From assembly GCA_964016885.1 (NCBI GenBank), contig OZ024741.1:231012001-231076000 (forward strand): a DNA stretch of 64,000 bases, written 5' to 3'. The notes below the pieces were generated by a model. The model made no database searches, had not been told where the DNA came from, and worked only from the letters and a program-made list of their open reading frames with translations. Shown in pieces: positions 57,865 to 64,000 of the stretch (its first letter is position 1; the number at the start of each line of letters is the position of its first letter). The position numbers and the translations under genes are program-made. The stretch is from Eledone cirrhosa. Lineage: Eukaryota.

Positions 57865-58005
57865 GCATAGTTACTTCTCTTTGCGGTCTGAGTTCAAATC
57901 CCACCGAGGTTAACATTGCCTTTCATCCTTACGGGGTCGATAAAATAAAGTACCAGTAATGCACTGGGTAATTGATGGCCTTGTGCCAAAAGTAGAAACA
58001 ATTAT
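57865..58005 (+). mobile_element. tRNA-derived SINE (partial)
   Basis: B-box-like GAGTTCAAATCCC followed by gcctttcatccttacggggtcgataaaataaagtaccagt. Confidence 0.75.
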
Positions 58006-59912
58006 AGTTATATACACATACATATAGGTGTATGTATGGGCACATACACACACATATGCGTCAGCATGTAGAAAATCATAATCACTCAATATATCTGTAT
58101 CTCTCTCATCACAAAATCTCTCTTTCTATATATATGGTAGTTGAAGTGGTGGTGGAAGTGTAGAAATTTGAAACTTTGAAAAGAAGTCAATTTTAAATTA
58201 TTTATATTTACGAACTTTAGTTACATAAATTATTTAATATTCATACATTATTTATTGAAAGTAATCCAACTTATTTTACTAACTGGATTAAAAGAAATAA
58301 AGCGTACACAGTCACCCACGCCTTACTTTATCATAGTATATATTTTGTAATCGATCTTCGGTTCTTGGAGTGTTTGTTCACATAGTTAAGATTGACATTA
58401 GTATTATGGAAGGGTTTTAAAAGACGGGAATTTTGTCCTAAGTTAATGTCAAGGAAATGTGAGACATTATAATTGTGTTCAAAGGATATGTGTAGTAAAA
58501 TCTGTTAAAGAAGGATTTAATTGGTATTATTCTACGTTAGAGCTGTTGCCCGTTGAAATTATTGATTACTAGCAGATGTTCGGCTCTTTAAATTCCACAG
58601 TGAATTCTTAGAGTCGATGCTACACTATATTTCAGAATAAGACTAAGAGTGAAACCAAATATTCATTTCCTTCTTAATGTGATATACACACATTCTGAAG
58701 ATTACCAAACAAATTGCGAACATCGATTAAAGTGTGTAAGGAGTTGTCATTTTATGGGGAAATCCGTCTTTTCTGATATATTTACTTGTTTAAATATTGG
58801 AATTGTACACATTCGACAGTCACTGTTACCCACTCTCAATATATACAGATATAACTTTATCGTAATATAAGTGCGTGTGTGCGTGTGTGAATGTGTGTGT
58901 ATGTGTATGTGTGTGTGTGTGTATGTGTGTGCACTTACATGACATTCATCTGGCATGAGATAGCAAGCTAGAATGGTGAGAGTGAGGAACTCGCGTCCTA
59001 TGTTTTGCGTCAGTGTCCTTCCTCAAGTTCCAAGCTGCAAAATCTTCCTCGAAGGCGCGGAGGAAGTATGTCTGCTGGATGCTACAAGGAAAGAGGTTGA
59101 ATTAAGTGCAACATTTGCAGGATCCGGGCAGTAATACGCCAGCTTCAGCCTTTAGTAATCCGAACAACACTCATCTGCCTAATTCAATGACTTATATACA
59201 GAAACCTCTTCTCAGAGGTCAACCGTGAAAACCAAAGAAATAAAATATCATACAATGCTAGTGCAAAACACACACCAATACACGCTCCAGAAATCAGAGA
59301 AATCACTCCCACAACAAATACAAGCATAACATCTATAACACCAACCTCACCGACCACACAACCACCAACAAAGACACCGCTAATAACAAAATACCCCCCC
59401 CCCCCCCCAGCACCACTAGCAAAAGAAAAACACACACATCGACAAACAACTACACTGACGATTTCTCACATCAATATCTATTTTAGCTTAAATGTATTAT
59501 ATGTGAAACATGGCAACATTTTTTAGCATTAACCCTCTATCTAATAGCGGATTTGTAATTCTTATATAATAACACAATCATTTGTGAAAAATATGTATGG
59601 GAGTATTTCGGGTTATGTTTAATCATGGAACATGTTTGAGATTAAAACCTATAGTTATCATGTTCTATACGATAAACTCTCTAGGGACTTTTTTATATTG
59701 AATGATATTGATTGAGGAAAAAACATTACACTTAGAATTTCACTTCATGTTGTTCACATTTAAATCAACAACCAATGCAGAATATTAGTATTTGTTAGTG
59801 TACCAAGGGATATGTCGGTAAACACAGTATAAGGTTACAGAAATGAAGAAAATATGTTTGAATGATGTAAACCACCAACCCACTAATTCTTTCCATATTA
59901 CTTAATATATCT

Positions 59913-60135
59913 AGGGCGGTGGATTGGCAGTATCGGTAGAGTGTCGGACGCCAAGCTTTGCCACAAAGAGTTACGGCCCTTTATGATCTGAGTTCAAATC
60001 CCGCAGAGGTTACCTTTGCCTTTCATCCCCACGGGCTCGATAAAATAAAGTACCAGTCACGCACTGGGGTCGATTTAATCGACTTTCCCCTCCCCCAAAA
60101 TCGCTGTCCTTGTGCCTATATCAGAAACCGATATT
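59913..60135 (+). mobile_element. tRNA-derived SINE (near full length)
   Basis: A-box-like TGGCAGTATCGG, B-box-like GAGTTCAAATCCC, conserved central domain. Confidence 0.8.
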
Positions 60136-61452
60136 ACTTAATATATCCATGTCTGAAACATCAAAACATGTTTCACAACTGAAAGAGAGATATTGACAGA
60201 TCAACAGAATTTCGTCTGACTATTCTAGATTACCCAAATATATTGATGGTTAGTCAGACAACAGTAATATAAGAAGGACGACGAGGTAATAGGTTGGAAT
60301 GACACAGAAAGCAAGAAACTTTATAGAAATAACAGTATTTTTTTCTTCAATTGGCAGCCCCATTGTATAATGGATGGAGACGTATATTGCATAATATTTT
60401 CATAAATAAAATGTATTTGATCAATGTTAACTGGCTACTAAATAATATCAATCGTCAACTACAACTCCATCCTTAAAAATAGGCACCAAAACAAGACGTG
60501 TTGAACAGATAGATATACCAACGAAATCATTCTGGAAATATATGCGATTATACTTAAAAAGAAAGGGCATTAGTTCATGTGCTGCTACATCACTGCATAC
60601 ATTACTCGAGAATATGACGAATGTTTTTCTTCATTTGCCATCCCTGTGTGTGTCGATCTGTAACTAAATGAACAATGATATATGCAGTGGAAAGAAAACT
60701 TATTTCCCCCAAACGCACACATTGAACTCCATTGCTATGGCCAACGCCAAATCAGACTTGGCAACAGTAAATATATCACATGACAGGTTTTCTACAATAT
60801 AATTCATACACTGTATATATTTGTGCACAGGTACCCACTAGCTGCATATATATAATAGCAGTAGCAATATAAGGTAAAGGTTTATAGTATTTATTCTTAT
60901 GTTCCCCGACTGATGAAAGCTCATTTTCATACAAATGAAAAGCTTCTGGGCTCTAATTATTCGGGGGTACGGATGATTTGATACATAATGATTGATACCC
61001 GAAAGGTGTATATTGAAACATATACGAAATGTTCATGTAAATAAACATATCAATTAATGTCACATATAAACCGGGCTGTATCAGACAATCATTACCTCCC
61101 ATTAATTAGAATCAACCAACATTTGCACATTATATAAATGTGATTTATCAGTCAATGTTCCTCAGCATAAACACAATAATCTTTAGATTATTTTCGTCAA
61201 ACATCCAAGCGTTGTTAGTCCCTGTGAAGATGATTAACAAACAAGAAGTGGCTGTTTCTATTGTCTCCTATCGTTCCTAATAGATCAGTGCTGTCATCTA
61301 ACACTGCTAAAATGATAGTAATATTTAATTTCATGAGCATTTTGTATATGATTCAACATACAGCACTAATCATGCAATAATTAAAATGTTTGGTACCTTT
61401 ACATTTAATATCTTTTTACATCGTGACTTATGAACATTATTATTTTTTTCAG

Positions 61453-61587
61453 AATGCAGCCCAGGAACCTATGGCTACGAATGTAAAATGAAATGTAATT
61501 GTAGAAATAATGACACCTGCGACCAAGTCACTGGAGTATGCCCAAATGGATGCCCAATTGGCTATACACCACCCACTTGTCAAGAAA
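61453..61587 (+). CDS. Internal coding exon: EGF-like repeat (MEGF/scavenger-receptor or receptor-PTP ectodomain type)
   Basis: Polypyrimidine-CAG acceptor and GTTGGT donor; 135 bp, phase 1-1; encodes xCSPGTYGYECKMKCNCRNNDTCDQVTGVCPNGCPIGYTPPTCQE. Confidence 0.88.
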
Positions 61588-61729
61588 GTTGGTAACATTA
61601 ATTTCTATTTGGCATGACTGCATTGATATATCTGTTCTTCATAGTTATATAAACTAAATTGAGAGAAAATAAAATGTACTAAAATGTTCGGTTGTAAACA
61701 TTTCAAGTGATTATAAATATGATCTAGTT

Positions 61730-61845
61730 TAGGCACTAGGCCAGTAATTTGGGGGAGTGGAAAGTCGATCAAATCGAATCCAGTACGTTACTGGTGCTTT
61801 ATTGTAGCGACCCCTTAAGGATGAAAGGCAAAGTTAACCTCGGCA
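61730..61845 (-). mobile_element. tRNA-SINE 3' fragment
   Basis: Reverse of gccgaggttaactttgcctttcatcctta.ggggtcg... Confidence 0.7.
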
Positions 61846-62855
61846 CAAGGACAGTAATTCTTTTTTCGACTCGATTAAAACTCAATATAATAATAACATT
61901 AATAATGATGATGATGATGATACGTAAATCATTTATTCATTATAATTATTTCAAGGCCTCTCCCACGTAATCAAGATGCAATTCATGCATCTGTTGTTGT
62001 TATAAGAACAGTATCCTGAGATGAAATTCGATTTTTGACATGCCGCTGGCCGGAAAAATACGTCCTTCTCCTCGTACGATTGGCACATATATGAGTTCCT
62101 AAAAGGGTCTCTCAGCCATCGTGTTTACTGGAGTAAAGTGCAATTCATGTGTCAATAAGTGATATCAGGATTCACGTAACCCCCACGGAATTGGTGTCAT
62201 GAATCAACAAAAGAGTAACTCCTCAAGTGTGTTGTGTTGATCTCTACCAAACGATAGTGTATGGTAGCTAGAATCCAGAAGATAGTGGAAGCAATAAACG
62301 GAACCCTGAGGAACGGTGAGGTATATATTTTGTTGTCATCCACATTATTGAGATAATCGAGAAGGGAGCAGAGGTTATCAACAAAAGGAGTAACCTGTTC
62401 AGCTCCTGCCACCACAAATCACATGGAAGCTTCCTCAGACTGTGCGGATAAACAGCATAGTTGTACTGTTGAGGTCCACTACAAAGCTTGACAATGGAGG
62501 CTGGACGTGACCAAACAACGACCACAGCATCGGGTGGATCCTGGATAGCCTGTCTGCATCCGCTCCGAATAACACTACCTCCATTCTGTTATGCACGTAT
62601 AGGATATTATTTTCACGACATGAGGGTCCATGTTTTACCTCCCTTTGTTCCTCGTTCCTTGATCTCCGTATGTATACTTGCTTTTGTATTTATGTATAAT
62701 CTTTGTTCCGTTTGTTCCTATGTTCTACAGATGTGCACCTGTATTTATAACTATGTTTTTTGTTCTATATTTGCTACCTACAGCTCACTTCCACAGTCTA
62801 GTAGTCCTTTTTCGTCGGACGTGGTGTTACCGTTGTTATTATTAATACCAAGGGT

Positions 62856-63282
62856 AGGGCGGTGGATCGGCAGTATCGGTAGAGCGTCGGACCCATTCTT
62901 TGGCGCATAGAGTTACGGCCCTTTCCATTCTGAGTTCAAATCCCGCCGAGGTTAACTTTGCCTTTTATGCTTACGGGGTCGATGAAATAAAGTACCAGTA
63001 ATGTACTGGTTATTTGCTCGCCTTGTGCCTAAAGTAGAAACAATTATTAATACCAACGTAAGGGTGGTGGATTGGCAGTATCGGTAGAAAGTCGGACACC
63101 ATGCTTTGCAGCATAGAGTTACGATGCTTCATGATCTGAGTTCAAATTCCGCCGAGGTTTACTTTGCCTTTCATCCTTACGGGGTCGATAAAATAAAGTA
63201 CCATTCACGCACTGGCGTCGATTTAATTGACTTTCCCCTCTTCCAAAATTGCTGGCCTTGTGCAAAAGGGTGGAAACAATGA
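62856..63282 (+). mobile_element. Two tandem tRNA-derived SINEs (62856-63045, 63061-63282)
   Basis: Each has A/B-box-like motifs and the central domain; both are preceded by attattaataccaa. Confidence 0.8.
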
Positions 63283-63858
63283 TTATTATGAGCATTATGT
63301 TAGTACTATTATTAATATAAGTATTTATGTACAGCGACCGGCACTACTAGACCTTTTTTTTGTTGCTTTCGCCGCCGTGACGGGTTTATTACTGGTGTTG
63401 TTGTTGGTAGTGTGGGTGATTGTGGGAGATTGGGCAGTGCTGCTGTTGTTGCCGTTGTTGTTGAAGTTGCTCTTGCCTTGAAGAAAACTGTTATCAAGTG
63501 TGTGTATCGCCCTACATTAAAGTTCCGTTTATTGGTGTTGATGAAGTTGCTGTCATCGTTGTTGTTAGCTGTGCATAACTTCTAAAGATTGGCCACTTTT
63601 AGACACGCCGCTCATTTGAAACAATTGTTAATACTTTAAATAAACCCTATTGTACAGCCAACCATGTTATTTCTCACACTTTTGCTATTGTTACTCCAAG
63701 AACCACCTGTGCAATAACTTCTTAAACCGGCCACCCGACTAAGGAAACCTCTTGTTGAGTTAAACAAAGGCCGAATGTTAAAACTAACCTCGATACAGAG
63801 CACGCATATCCTCTAGACGATATATAGTTATCTTACACACACACACACACACACACAA

Positions 63859-63891
<33 letters not shown>

Positions 63892-63894
63892 CAT

Positions 63895-64000
63895 ATATAT
63901 ATTATTAAAATAACAGATTAAAGTTTAAGCAAAGAATCGCTGCTTTCACCCTTAACGGGATCTTCTGAAACTAACAAAGTCAATCTGTGAACGCAGAAGT
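63895..64000 (-). mobile_element. Partial copy of the non-autonomous Helitron (runs off the window)
   Basis: Near-identical to 12215-12318. Confidence 0.75.

Noticed and set aside
59913-60010. tRNA gene
   Set aside because: A/B-box-like motifs are the head of a multicopy SINE; no cloverleaf.
62000-62610. Possible CR1/L2 RT remnant (DDNKIY on the minus strand)
   Set aside because: Single weak motif; insufficient support.

Overview
AT-rich, microsatellite-dense animal genomic DNA. The SINE, RTE and L1-type repeat families resemble those of Octopus (inference, not a database match). The window is almost entirely non-coding: I can support only one host exon, a 135-bp EGF-like exon at 61453-61587. 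The rest is decayed LINEs (RTE, L1/Tx1-like, CRE, RLE-type), Helitrons, tRNA-derived SINEs, an old local duplication and two Penelope-like elements (PLE; RT and/or GIY-YIG). The long YIYIYI ORFs are (TA)n artefacts. The main result is a dense, diverse set of type I hammerhead ribozyme (HHR) motifs folded by eye: about 10 distinct sequence families and more than 20 copies. They sit in 0.4-0.6 kb mostly non-coding repeat units that form tandem-plus-inverted cassettes, usually bounded by (TA)n tracts. Three families carry the compensatory U3-A8 core (UUGANAA or UUGAUAU). Several have unusually long stem II or stem III domains, and most have palindromic loop III. In every cassette the ribozyme-sense strands point outward, and several inversion junctions fall at the ribozyme. 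This looks like a non-autonomous, PLE-mobilised, retrozyme-like system. No cleavage activity, transcription or novelty has been tested. Repeat boundaries are approximate.
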